Shown: positions 51,951-63,737 of the stretch, piece after piece | How positions within the stretch are numbered: the stretch's first letter is position 1 | How the letters are laid out: every line of letters starts with the position of its first letter | From: Octopus sinensis | Lineage: Eukaryota | Assembly: GCF_006345805.1 (NCBI RefSeq) | Contig: NC_043017.1 | Coordinates: 17,422,001-17,486,000 of the forward strand | Length of the DNA stretch: 64,000 nt | Reading direction: 5' to 3' | Notes under the pieces: generated by a model | What the model was told of the DNA's origin: nothing | Database searches by the model: none | The model's input: the letters and a program-made list of their open reading frames with translations, nothing else | Translations under genes and position numbers: made by a program

Positions 51951-54900
51951 TATTATTATTATTAGGGCCTAATATGGCTGGTTTTAAATGCTAAAGGGTT
52001 AACAGCATCAATTTTTCCAATCATAGAGAGTCTGAAAAGGCCAATGGCCTAGCCCTTTCTTCCAGGCCTAGTAAATAAAAGAAACAAAGAACAAAAAAAA
52101 ATCTTCAAATCTCTTCACAGACCAGTTGTTCTGCTCTAGAAAACACAATACAAAAATAAACGTCCTGTCTACATGATGTAAAAATGAAGTGTAAAACACA
52201 CACCTTGGCTAAATTTTGCAAGTAAAACAGTTGTCCAAGTCTCTTCTTTAAATCATTGTCGGCTGATATCTTTTCATACCTCAGCCTTGTTTCTCTTTCT
52301 TTCAACTGCGAAAAGAAGGAAAATAAATGAAATGAGTTGAAAGACATCAGACTATCTGATAGGTGGAGATTTTATATGGAGCATTTGGAATTGTTCAGTT
52401 AGCTCAGTATTAAGAAATAATGACAGAGAGAGGAAGAGAATGATACCTGAATCAATGCTGATGATGGTGGTTACAGTGGTGGTGAATGGGAAGGAGGAGG
52501 GAGAGGACAATGATGATGATTCATAAATTCATGAAACAATCATAAGAACTTTCAAAACTCAAGAAAATTTTTTATGATCACAACTGTACTTTATTTATTT
52601 ACTAATACAATATTGTTTATATTTGTTTATATTATGTACTTATCTCTATTGTGCTTTTAAGATATAACTTTTCCTACCTTCACTCTCTAACATATAATCG
52701 CCCTCATTGAATCTCTAAATATCTTTTTAAGGTTTTAGACATTTCTCATGCCAAGAGCACTTATCTGAAATCCAGTATGCCTTGTTTTCAAAGGACATAT
52801 GATTAACTATATATATATATATATATATATATAAGGAGAATTCACACAAAAAAACAAAAGACGAAGACAAGTAGTGTAGACAACAAACATATATAAACAA
52901 ATATATATATATATACATATATACCAGAATAAGCACATAAATGTGAAACAAGGTTGGAAAAAATAGTGCTCAAATACTGGAAGTAGAGTAATATGTTGTT
53001 TTATTATTAAAGCTACAAAAATATCACAAAAAACTGCTACTCAGAGTTTCACGTTCCCATTCAGGCTTCTTTCAATTTCCATCTACCACCAAATCCACTC
53101 ACAAGGTTTTGGTCAGCCTGGAGCTGCAGTAGAAGATACTTACCCAGCATGGCATGCAGTGGAACTGAACCTGAAACCATGTGGTTGGGAAGCAAGCTTC
53201 TTAATCACACAACTACATCTGCACCTAGTATTAAACAAACTAAATCTCAGAAAATGATGGTGAGTTCACAGATGGAAACCCCCTCGATGATAAGTCTACT
53301 GGATCAGGACCAACTAAGGCTTAAACAGTCGGATCAACAAAGTAATTGTATATTAAAGAAAATATTAAAACTTGTTCAATAAATTAATAACTGTTAATTA
53401 TTAGTGCATATGAAACTAGGAGAGGCTCACTTCGTACTGATAAACCACATTAATGGAATAATTGGTTGCTTTCTCTCCCAGGTATGGTAGTCTCATCCTT
53501 GTGATACACATGTTTAATTCATCATATACCCGTACTTGATCTCGCAGCCAAAATACCAATTTACTCATCAACTGTAAAAAACACAAAACATTTCAGATAT
53601 TAAAATAAGAAAAGAAAAGGGTTAAGGATGAAGTGACTACAACAACTGAAGTCTCTTTATTTTAGGATAGTGGAGCACCTAAGGACACTGGAGTTATCAC
53701 TGAGAACCTTAGAAATTACCAGTTTTTATTATTATCATTATCTTTAATAATTATTAATTTCTAACACAGTGATCTCAAAGTTTTGACTCAGTAGCCTGCA
53801 TCAGAATGTGAAGTTTATTTATGGTTTTTCTAAGCCTTGTATATATTTTTTGGTTCATCTTATGGTTGGAGTATAGTAGTTGCAATGTAGGTGCATTTTT
53901 GTAGCATATAAAGAAACATCTCTTTGGATTGTTTAATCAAGCAGAACAACTTGTAAAAATTGTAAAATTAAAATGTAATATTCCAATTAAATGTAGTGCA
54001 TGATCCTTCAATTAGTTTGACTTTTAAAAACACACACACACACATTATATACTGGTATCAATAAACAACAATATGTTATGTGTATTAACTTCTGTTCCTA
54101 TTGACAGATTTCTTTTTTTTTTTATACTAATTTTTTAAAATTTTAAACTTTCACCTTACAGAAAAATACTTACAGGAAATTCTTTGCGGTAAACTTCAAA
54201 TAACTTCAAATGAAGACCAGCTTGTTGGTCTAGGTCTGGATTACTGTCTAATGACAAAGAAATTAAACAAAGTCAAGCTTAGAGTAAAGTAGGGATTTCT
54301 TTCAACTGGTATCAAAAATGAACCAAAGCCAAGTTAATAAACAACAATATATTATTAGTATTATTACACAAGTGAGATGGAAAAGTTGCTTGGTAAAAAC
54401 AATGGAGAGAAATGGTTTGCAGAGTTTTAGTTAAGAGGTCTGACCAAAAAGTATCAAGACCGGTGTTATAAAAACAAAACTACAGCACATATCAATTCAG
54501 CACTCAATACCTTCAAAATAGTTTCCATTGATGGATGCATTCCTGGAACTCCTTTTAGGAGATAGCAAGCAGCTGCCTCATTGCATTTTCTTAGAATGCC
54601 TCAATGTCTTGAAATCTTGTTCCTTTCACATGGAATTCCTTTCAAACCTTGGTTTTGAGACCATAGCAGCCATAAACCCATGATTTTTCACCTTTAATGA
54701 CTATTTTCAAAAAGTTTTCCTTTTTCTTGATACAATCAAGGAGATCCTGCACAGCTGAAACCTGATCTTTGTTTTGTTTTCTTTTTGGCTTTTTTTTTGT
54801 TTTTGTTTTTTTGTTTTTTTTTTTGGAGACAACTACACTCTACACACTTCACTTTTAAGCACTGCTACAAACAACAGAAGAGAGCAAGAACATTATAACT

Positions 54901-57900
54901 TAGGGTGCATGTGTAACAGACTTCAAGGTCAATTTATGTTAAGCAGCTTCACTCTACATACTTTAGCTCTGTTACCATAGCAAGAATCCTGATACTTTTT
55001 GATAAGAAATCACATGTCTCTGTAAGTCAGTGGTTTTTCAAACATGTGTGCTATGGTGTGCTGGCTCACTGCAAAAGGAATCTTCACACACCATGGATTC
55101 TTAAAAATACAATTTATGGCGTAATCAAAAATTTCAGTGTATTACTCATAACTGTGATTCAAGCAAGAGTGGTTGATTGGTTGATTGATTGGTTGCTTGC
55201 TTGCTTGCAATCAAGTGATTTCAGATACAGTTGTACAGGATGGCATCTTGGACACATGTCTTTTACAATAGACCTGGGCTGACCAATACCTTGTGAATGA
55301 TTACAGTAGATGGAAACTATACTGTTCAAAGCCTGTTGTTGTTATCATCATCATCATCATCCTTTAACATCCATTTTCCAAGCTGGCATGGGTTTGATGG
55401 TTTGATGAGACCTGACAAGTTGGAGAGCTGCACCAAGTTCCATTCTGATTTGGTTTAGTTTCTATAGCTGGATGCCCTTCCTAACACCAACCACTTTATA
55501 GTGTGTGCAAGGTGCTTTTAATGTGGCACCACACAAGCGCTTTTATGAGGCACCAGCACAGGAGCTCTTTACATGGCATTAGCACACAACTCTTGCAGGC
55601 CAATCTTCTTCACCAGGAGGAGTGGCCTTAACCCTTTTGCTGTGGAGGACAGGCCTTCTTGAGTACCTTCTGCTGTAGAGGAAGGGTCAAACAAAATAAT
55701 CATAGAAACATCTTTGATCATAGGTTTGCTCAGACAAGTATGACCTGGAGGCTAAACAACAACAAAACAGGAGCCAAAAAGGTGGGGGTGAGCTTCAATG
55801 CAGCTGTCCAACCTGTTAAAAATAGCAGCCAAATCCCCTGCAAATCTCACCCTACAAAAATAAAAAAACAAAAACAAAGATACATTGGATAATGTAGTTC
55901 TAGATACATTATGTCTGATAAAAAGACATGATAATCACATCTGGAACATCTTTAACCACAGGTCAGCTTGATTAGGCCTAACATGATGCTAAGCAACAAG
56001 ATTAAAAGAATACAAATCTTCCACTTACGATATAAAAACGGAAGGTAGCTGTATATACATTTCAACATTATCTCCAGTTCTCCTTCCCGCCAATTACCAA
56101 CACGGCGCCGCAACACAGATGCACCTTCCTCAGTGTTTAAAGAAAAGTCAAGAATGTCACTGGAAATGATTAAAAAAAAAAGATAAGAATAAAATAAAAA
56201 AACAAAGACAAAAATCATTTTTAAAAAAACTGCATCAACCATGTTTTACCGAAACAAATATCGTGCACACAACATACACAACATACTATTATAAACCCTT
56301 CCAAAACAAGGGTTTTATGCTTGGGCTTATGATAAAACCTTCCCAAGCATACAACTAGAACCCTTACTACAAATATTAAGTTCTTTTTTTTTCTTCTTTT
56401 TTTTTATAAATCTTTATTAAGGAACATTTTTCATGACCCCAACAGCAAAATGGAAAAGATGTTGTCCCAGAGCACGGCAAAGGAGATGCACTGGAACAGC
56501 ACTCTGATTCACAGGGCTCACATTTGCAGACAGCCATCTCCACTCAGGTAGTGGATGTGCAGGGGTTCAAGAATGCTACAGGCTAAACCATAAACTTGTC
56601 GGAGAGTGACCAATACCATGACAATTTGCTTTTCTCAGCCTGACAAACAGCAGAGTCAGAGCTGGTAGCTAACCACACAAAGTTGCAAGGTGTCACAACA
56701 TGTGGTATCCCAGATGAGGGACCTATCACCACAGAATGGGAAAATTACCATACCATCTGGCCTTATACTATCTCCTCAATCTAGCCCTGCTGGTTAAAGC
56801 TGGAAAGGGAAGGTTGCAGAGTGTAGGCCATGCTTTATGATCTTGTTCAGGGTGGTATGGCACAGAAGGTGACCAACAGGATGATGGCAGGATAGTGGAT
56901 GGAGGCCAAAAGAATCCACAATGGATCCACAGTGGCATTCATGAGGTTCAAAGATCTGGAGGCCAAGCCTCAGGGAAATGCTGATGCACAGACAGCTACC
57001 AAGGTGAATGCCAGTTGCAAGAGATGGCACCACATTGAGCCAAGTTCTGCTGTGAGGCTTGGAGGCTGAACAGAAACATGCCAGACAGTGCTGGTCAAGT
57101 CAGTGCAATACATCAACACTGGTTGTCAAGTGGGGGAGGGGGAGACAAACAGACACAAAGACACAAACACATAGATATAAATATATGTACACACACACAC
57201 ACACACGCAAATATATATGACAGGCTTCTTTTCAGTTTCTGTCTACCAAATCCACCCACAAGGCTTTGGCCACCCAAGGCTATAGTAGAGGACACTTGCC
57301 CAAGGTGCCACACAGTGGGACTGAACCTCATTGATTCAGCAAATACAATAAAGGTTATTGAACAGAAATCTGATACAATGGTCCCAAACAACTCCAAATC
57401 TCACCTTTGGTTAATTCTGTACAAACAGGATTCATATTCCTCCAAGTCTTTTTTCAAAAGGCACATTTGGCACCTGAAAAAAAAAATTATGAAAATATCT
57501 TTTATCTTTTACTTTTTTCAGTCATTAGACTGTGGCACTGCCTTGAAGAATTCTAGTCGAACTTAGCGACCCCAGTACTTATAATTTTTTTTTTGTGAAT
57601 CCCAGTACTTATTCTATGGTCTCTTTTGCCGAACTGCTAAGTGACTGCAGCATAAACACATGAACACCAGTTGTCAAGCAGTGATGTGGGGCAAAGACAT
57701 GCACAAAGACAAACACACACACACAATGGGCTTCCTTCAGTTTTACTCACAAGGCTTTGGTAAGTCTGAGGCTAGAGTAGAAGACACTTGTCCAAGGTGC
57801 CACGCAGTGGGACTGAACCAGGAACCATGTGGTTGAGAAGCAAACTTCTTACCACACAGCTTGGCATTCATACCAGAAGCTCCAATACGAACATTTCAGA

Positions 57901-58972
57901 GTGTTTGGGTGTCAATTTGAGGACATGTACTGAGAGTGATAAAAATCAAACATCCAGTCAACATCATGGTGTTTGGAGTGGTCACTAGTGGTGGTGACAT
58001 TATGTCTCCATTCATCTTCCCACAAGGCCTCAGACTCAACACGGAGGCCTACATCAAGTGCCTGGGGAAGGTAGTGCTGCCCGTGGTCAAGAAGATGGCT
58101 GCTGGAAGACCCTATGTCTGGTGACAGGACTCTGCACCATGCCATACAACAGGTGAACCCAGTCATGGCTGTCAGATAATTTCTGCAACCACATCACCCT
58201 TAACATCTGACCACCTAACTCCCCAGACTGCAACCCCTTTTATTATGTGTGGAGTGCAGTTGAGCATGAGACCAACAAAACTCCTTGTAACACCAAAGAT
58301 GAACTGAAGGCAAAGGTTTTGGCAGCATTCACCATCCAGAAGAATTGCAGGGATTCTAAAGTTGTCTGGAGGCCGTGGTTGAAGCCAATGGCGATTTTAT
58401 TGAATAAATTTACTCTTTAGTATTTCAAGATATTTTTATGTAATTTTGGTTAAATACATCAGTTAAAATGCGTAATTTAGACAACAGTTTATTCACCACA
58501 CCCTGTATATGTGTGTATTTATATATATGGAACATTTGTACCCCAGTATCAGTAGTAGTAACTGCTGAAAAATTCTGTTCAGAACACTCACTTAAACTGT
58601 TGATGTTTCCTTTCAGCTCTGATACAACACGAAACAGTCTCATCAATTTCTCCCTGACTAGGTATTTTTCCTTGTAACTTCTTCAATTTTTTCAAGATTT
58701 TGCTTCTCTCAGATATAAATGCTGTCAGGCGTCTTGACACAATAAACTTGAGTCCCTCTATAGAATGGATCCTGAAATGCGAAAATATTTGCTTACCTAA
58801 GTTTATATATATATATATGAACACACACAAACATATTTATATACACATATACATATAAAAGTATGTGTATGTATATATATAAATATATATATATAAATAT
58901 ATACATACAGAGAAAATTATATCTTTATTATTGGTCTCACTTTATAAAGCTGACAATTGTCTCTATTGTATT

Positions 58973-59008
<36 letters not shown>

Positions 59009-59554
59009 GGCTTGAAAGAAATGAAGCCAGGATGCTTCACTGGATGTGCAATGTCAGTGTGCATGTTCAACAGAGTGTAAGCATCTTGAGAGAAAATTTA
59101 GGCTTAAGAGGCATCAGATGTAGTGTGTGTGTGTGTGTGTGTGCGCGCGTTTAAATATTTGTATATAGATTATACATGTATGTAAATGTGTGCAGTGTAA
59201 CTGCATGTATATGTATTTACACAAACACACACACATATCAAAAATACATTTATTAAATTAACATAGAAATTCCATACTGATCACTTATTGAAAATCCTTT
59301 CTGATCAATCGAGGTGAGGTCATGTTGGATCTTGTTCAATAACTGAGAACTTTTGTCTTGGTCAACAACAAAATCTAGAATCTCCATCCACCATTCTTCA
59401 TTAATGAACTGAAAAATTAACGAAACAAGTGCACAAGCAGTAAAGATAAAGTATAATTAAAGTCATTGGAAACTGCACAGAACATAGAAATATATACAGG
59501 GAAGGAAAACAATTACATTTGTCAAAAATGTTTAAGCTATATTAGAAATGCTAA

Positions 59555-59606
<52 letters not shown>

Positions 59607-62600
59607 CTCACTCTCTGTGCACACACATATATGTGTGTGTACATGTATAAAGGTAACTATCTGTGTAAGCACTCAGCTACTCACCACACAAATGCATCCA
59701 ACCTGACCCTTGTTTTATCATCTCCGGTGACATCACTACTGTTAGTTTCACCAATGTTCATCTGATTCATTTCTTCCACAACCTGGCTGATTCTTGGCTG
59801 AGTTAAGCAGACTCCACATTGTGCCTACATTCTGACCTTGTGTACAGCTTCCTATTTCAGTTGTGGTTTCCTCTAGCTGTCTCGGAAGCCCTCCTCTTGC
59901 TGTTTTTGCTGTCCTCACTGTGTGCTGCCCTTGCTACCCTTGTTATGTGCAGCCCGTCCTCCCCTGACTAAGTCATAAATTTACAAAGTTAAATTAAATT
60001 TTTTTTAAATCCAACCAAATCAAATATCCAAAGTGTATTTACCTGTTTCTCAAGATTGTCCGCTTTTTGTTTTGAAGAAAGCCAATTGTCAAAGGCTTCT
60101 TTCACAAAATTCTGGTGTTTCTCTGTGAGACGATTTCGAATTTCAGCAGCCTGCAAGTTAGAATTAAGAAATGTACAGGCAAGGAGAGAGTGAGAGAGAG
60201 AGAGAAATAAGGATAAAGAGAGAGGGAAAGAGAAAGAGGATAAAGAGGGAGTGCAAAAGAGGGAAAGAGAAAGAGGATGGAGTGGGAGTGTGAAAGAGAG
60301 AGGGAAAGAGAAAGAGGATATAAAGAGGGAGTGCAAAAGAGGGAAAGAGAAAGAGGATGGAGAGGGAGTGTGAAAGAGAAAGAGAATAGAGAGAGAAGGA
60401 AAGACTAAGTTGTCTCTTCACAGACAGAAAATCTATCAGTTTTGTTAAGTGAACAAAGTTTAAGTATAGCCCCAGCCACCCATCCACACAAAAGAGCACT
60501 GAACCATAAAAATCCTACCTCATATAACTCTCCATATAGCACATGCTAGCATGAAAAATCAGATGTTAAACAAAAGAGTCAACAAACATCCTTCATCCTC
60601 AGACAATCTAAAAAAAACTAAGTCCAACACCTGTCTGTTAGAATCCTAATGAGCAAATTACATTAAGAGACACTCACCTTTTCTTGGAGTTTGTCATCAT
60701 CGAGAGCACTGGCCACACCTTCTGGTTTTTTGGACAAAACCTCATTTAAATTGTGGTAACAATGAAGCAGCTGCAGGTCATCAGTTCGTATAGTATTCTT
60801 GTGTTCTCGTACAGACCAAAGTACTTGACGGTAATTATCTATGGCATCTTTCAACTGGAAACCAATGAAATAATGGCACAGGTTTAGGTAGATTACTTAA
60901 GAAATTGAACCTTTCAGCATTTAATCCGACTATATCTAACCCAAATAATCTACCTGTTTTGTTAAAACTAGCTACATCTAGCCTCTCCCACCTACCCTAC
61001 AATGTCATTCTAAAAATGTGCACTGGCAAGTTTAGACCCAGGCCACTGGACTCATCGAGGATGGCATCAACAGAGATGTACTCAACTTCATCCACATCCC
61101 CAGCCTCGGGATCCATGTCCAGGTCCACACCCTCGACGCCCTCCACATCCACATTAGCAGCAGCCTCAGGAATGTCTGGTAAGAGATCGACTCTATACTG
61201 AATACAGAGTGATCTTTACAGAGATCACTCTGTATTCAGTATTATTTAAACACACACCTGTTCTTTGATGATATAGATTCCAGCAAGCCCATGACGTGCT
61301 GCAATGGCTTGTCTGTGAGCCTCTTCACATTCTGTAACTCCTTTTTTTATCAAAGACTGCAATAGTTCTTCCATAGTCATCATTCTACAAATAAATAAAA
61401 AGAAAAGACAAAATTCACAACTGGTATATTTTTTATGATGGCATGTTGCAAATAATCAAAGACAAGGTGGACAAAGAAGGAAGTACCACCGTTTCTTTAA
61501 GCCCAAATCTAAATTATTCTGGAGAAGTCTTGTCTATTTGTGTTGGAGGAATGCCTCACAACATACTAAAGCAACTCACTGCAGTTTGAAGGAAAGCATT
61601 TTTTTGACCATTGGTGTTGATAGAATAAGTGAGACAGTGAAAAATAAAGCTTGCCATTGAAGTTTACAACATCAAAGACTTATGCTCTAGATCAGTCACA
61701 GGAAAACCGCAGCCCACAATACTTCCTGTACAGCATGCAAACAAAAAATTACCTTGATGTCTTAGTAGTGCAGCCCACATGATGTTGAGCCATGTTTCAT
61801 GCGGCCTGCTTCTCAAAAAAAGGTCGTCAATGCCTGATCTAGTACAATCATCTACAAAATGTACACAAGTCTATCACAGTCTATCACAAATTAAAACAAT
61901 GTCACTGACTCAGTATGAAAGATACAGCTTTACAAGAGCTGGTATATTCATACCTGTGAATGGCCTCTTAAGAACTGAAACCAAAACCTATACTTTAACA
62001 GGAGCTTTTTGTACTTGTCATTCGTGTGAACAGTGAACCATTTATTGTCTTGTTAGAAATCTATTTTCAATGGCAATGTCTTTTATCTTTTACTTGTTTC
62101 AGTCATTAGACCGTGGCCATGATGGGGCACCGCCTTCAAGAATTTTTAGTCAAATGAAACGACTCCAGCACTTACATTTTTGCAAGCCTGGTACTTATTC
62201 TATCAGTCTCTTTTGCTAAACTGGTAAGTTATAGAGATGTAATCAAACCAATACTGGTTGTCAAACCATTCACAAATAAATCTGCCCACCTTGTTTTGTA
62301 TGTAGATGACATCCCAGAGTTTCATAATCTACGTAATGAATACAAAATAGCTTCCGTCTGTTTCAACAAAAATATTTTCCAGTGATGTTCATACATTCAC
62401 AGAAGTTTGTATGCCACAGGAGGCAAAGAATCTTGACACCTGAACAAATATCTTTGTTTCAAAAACAGGAAAAAAATAAATAAATACCTTCCAAACAAAA
62501 TCCTTCATTGAAGAAAGGAAATGTTTATTTGTCAACAAAAGTCTTTTCAAGAAACATTTACCAATGTTGGTGCCACATAAAAAGCACCCATGTTGATCCT

Positions 62601-62917
62601 ACATAAAAAGCACCCAGTTTTTTATGTAAAGTAATTGGCATTAGGAAGGACATCCAACCAGAGAAACCAAGCCAAATCAGACTGGAACTTAGTGCAGCTC
62701 CAAATCCTGTCAAACCACCCAACCAATACCAGCATGGAAAACAGACGTTAAATGATATTGATTAGTAATCTTGTCTCCCCAGTATATTTATCAAGATTTG
62801 CACACTTCACTAGATATAGAATCAACTGACTTACTTCTTGTTTATGGAATGGAACTCTCCCCGAACTGCCTGTGGATGGCAACATGCCTGGCGCAATTTC
62901 ATTAATGGATGCAAAAG
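45178..62917 (-). CDS. SHPRH: E3 ubiquitin-protein ligase SHPRH, 3' part (17 exons, 825 aa in window; 5' exons lie beyond the window end)
   Basis: Spliced translation contains LMKLRQACCHPQAVRGEF, TMEELL..CEEAHRQ, the C3HC4 RING CLIC..CGHFYCISC..CPTC, GSYSTKV, and LLLPVHTGCNGLNLIEA..EPILNPAQELQAIGRVHRIGQT..VHRFLIKATIEERM. All introns are GT-AG, all phases are compatible, and the summed length of 2478 nt is divisible by 3. Confidence 0.96.
46732..46910 (-). CDS. SHPRH: SHPRH exon, helicase C motifs V-VI (NNLTTFK...GRVHRIGQT)
   Basis: ctttCAG acceptor, AT|GTAAGT donor, phase 0 to 2. Confidence 0.96.
47255..47395 (+). mobile_element. RTE-clade LINE C-terminal remnant
   Basis: TYIDNLIADTDL..MDREVW resembles the RTE ORF2 end. 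Confidence 0.45.
47697..47783 (-). CDS. SHPRH: SHPRH exon (WSSVLEIIGQALAMNGIRYSTLSSGKQSQ)
   Basis: atttCAG acceptor, CAG|GTTTGT donor, 29 codons; W..VL.II..AL..N motif. Confidence 0.92.
48215..48307 (-). CDS. SHPRH: SHPRH exon (GSYSTKVTAIVHCLLKIRQKDPFAKSLVFST)
   Basis: tttCAG acceptor, ACA|GTAAGA donor, 31 codons. Confidence 0.95.
48603..49236 (+). mobile_element. internally deleted mariner element (DD34D-type transposase remnant)
   Basis: Perfect 23-bp TIRs ttaggttgtcaagaaagttcttg, TA duplicated at 48601-2 and 49237-8; WWFKNFRSGD, KWVPHEL, IVICDEKWILYD with stops. Confidence 0.93.
50183..50362 (-). CDS. SHPRH: SHPRH exon, RING core (WAVLICGHFYCISC...CPTCRQ...VSMK)
   Basis: tttcCAG acceptor, AAG|GTATTC donor, 60 codons. 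Confidence 0.95.
51551..51619 (-). CDS. SHPRH: SHPRH exon, RING start (DANPSEDSPPTQCLICLEVLKDK)
   Basis: gtttCAG acceptor, AAG|GTAAGG donor, 23 codons; first CxxC of the RING. Confidence 0.9.
51738..51964. repeat. (TTA)n array in SHPRH intron
   Basis: Direct inspection. Confidence 0.95.
52204..52305 (-). CDS. SHPRH: SHPRH exon (LKERETRLRYEK...KKRLGQLFYLQNLAK)
   Basis: ttcgCAG acceptor, AAG|GTGTGT donor, 34 codons; LGQL.YL.NL motif. Confidence 0.92.
53431..53571 (-). CDS. SHPRH: SHPRH exon (LMSKLVFWLRDQVRVYDELNMCITRMRL...VYQYE)
   Basis: ttttaCAG acceptor, GAA|GTGAGC donor, 47 codons; DEL.M...R.R motif. Confidence 0.88.
54174..54247 (-). CDS. SHPRH: SHPRH exon (SNPDLDQQAGLHLKLFEVYRKEFP)
   Basis: gtcatTAG acceptor, CCT|GTAAGT donor, phase 1 to 0. 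Confidence 0.85.
54425..54650 (-). mobile_element. mariner transposase 3' fragment
   Basis: Minus-strand KGTRFQDIE..ENAMRQLLAIS..EFQEC and NGNYFEG, followed by a TIR-like end. Confidence 0.65.
55345..55600 (-). mobile_element. RTE 3'UTR-derived short repeat with (GAT)n tail
   Basis: catcatc..tttaac.tcc..tttccatgct.gcatggg..ctggatgcccttcctaa; matches the tail of the 36922 LINE. Other copies at about 46180-46350, 47150-47260, 51055-51230, 62560-62760, 63490-63700. Confidence 0.7.
56029..56159 (-). CDS. SHPRH: SHPRH exon (DILDFSLNTEEG...GNWREGELEIMLKCIYSYLPFLY)
   Basis: atttcCAG acceptor, C|GTAAGT donor, phase 2 to 1. Confidence 0.86.
56385..57075 (-). mobile_element. CRE-like non-LTR element 3' fragment with poly-A tail
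   Basis: SLRLGLQIFEPHECHCGSIVDSFGLHPLSC..RPDG..LIWDTTCCDTL; AATAAA then an A-rich tail at about 56385-56420. Confidence 0.78.
57405..57473 (-). CDS. SHPRH: SHPRH exon (CQMCLLKKDLEEYESCLYRINQ)
   Basis: poly-T CAG acceptor, AG|GTGAGA donor, phase 2 to 2; CxxC..YES motif. Confidence 0.88.
57865..58505 (+). mobile_element. Tc1/mariner superfamily transposase remnant (maT/DD37D-like)
   Basis: MVFGVVTS.G..PFIFP.GL..YVW.QDSAPCHT..PPNSPDCNP; ends in caccacaccctgta (TIR-like). Confidence 0.8.
58592..58771 (-). CDS. SHPRH: SHPRH exon (IHSIEGLKFIVSRRL...RAERKHQQF)
   Basis: catttCAG acceptor, AA|GTGAGT donor, phase 2 to 2. Confidence 0.88.
59278..59408 (-). CDS. SHPRH: SHPRH exon (FINEEWWMEILDFVVDQ...GFSISD)
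   Basis: tttttCAG acceptor, CA|GTATGG donor, phase 0 to 2; WW motif. Confidence 0.88.
60043..60150 (-). CDS. SHPRH: SHPRH exon (AAEIRNRLTEKH...DNLEKQ)
   Basis: ttgCAG acceptor, CAG|GTAAAT donor, 36 codons. Confidence 0.88.
60678..60854 (-). CDS. SHPRH: SHPRH exon (LKDAIDNYRQVL...DDDKLQEK)
   Basis: ttcCAG acceptor, AAG|GTGAGT donor, 59 codons; matches ORF 60663..60854. Confidence 0.92.
61258..61384 (-). CDS. SHPRH: SHPRH exon (MMTMEELLQSLIKKGVTECEEAHRQAIAARHGLAGIYIIKEQ)
   Basis: ttgTAG acceptor, CAG|GTGTGT donor, phase 2 to 0. Confidence 0.93.
62835..62917 (-). CDS. SHPRH: SHPRH exon (LLHPLMKLRQACCHPQAVRGEFHSINK)
   Basis: ttgcCAG acceptor, AA|GTAAGT donor, phase 0 to 2; SNF2 LRQACCHP motif. 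Confidence 0.93.
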
Positions 62918-63737
62918 CTGGCAACATAAAGAAGAGATTAGAAATTAGGATAACACTTAAGTTCAGCTGAACAACTGCTCCAGCCTGAGGGTGGAGGTAG
63001 AGAAAGTGATTGCAGCCTAATTGTAAAAAAGCTATTGTAGACAGACAAGCAGGATCCAACGGGAATGAAAATAAAATTATCAAAAAATTATGAAAATTAT
63101 AATATTATAAACAAAACTAAAAATTTATACACTTTTAACACATATTAAACATGATAAACATAATTAAAGTGAGTTTTTTAAAAAAATTGTTCAATGTCAC
63201 TGATAGTTAATTCTGAGACACCCTGTATATACACACACATACATACACACACTCTTATATAAACTGTACTTGATGACATATAAGATGCACTTTTCTTGAA
63301 AAAAATATCTCAAAAAAGTCACCCCAGGTCCTATATGGCCTGAAGTTGGGTCCCCCATAAGTGTTAATGCATTATTACCTGAATATGCACTGGTGAAATT
63401 AGGGTGTGTCTGATACCCCTGTGCATGTTTTATGCCATCAAATAAGGTATGATTGTGTGTGTATACATATATACATACCTGTCTTCTACAGCAGAATTGA
63501 TACTGGTGCTTGTGTCACGTAAAAAGCATCCAGTACATTCTGTGGAATGGTTAGTGTTAGGAAGGGCATCCAGCCATAGAAACTATGCCAAAACAGACAA
63601 TGGAGCTTGGTAAACCCACTCACCCACCTTATTAGCTCCAAGCAAACCATCCAACCCATGCGAATATAGAAAACAGACACTAAATGATGATACATACTCA
63701 CACACACACACACACACACACACACATGCACACACAC

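Noticed and set aside
60181-60410. Purine-rich ~80-nt tandem duplication
   Set aside because: Ordinary low-complexity expansion of the pyrimidine tract upstream of the 60150 acceptor
62748-63083. 111-aa minus-strand ORF
   Set aside because: Off-frame overlap with the real SHPRH exon 62835-62917
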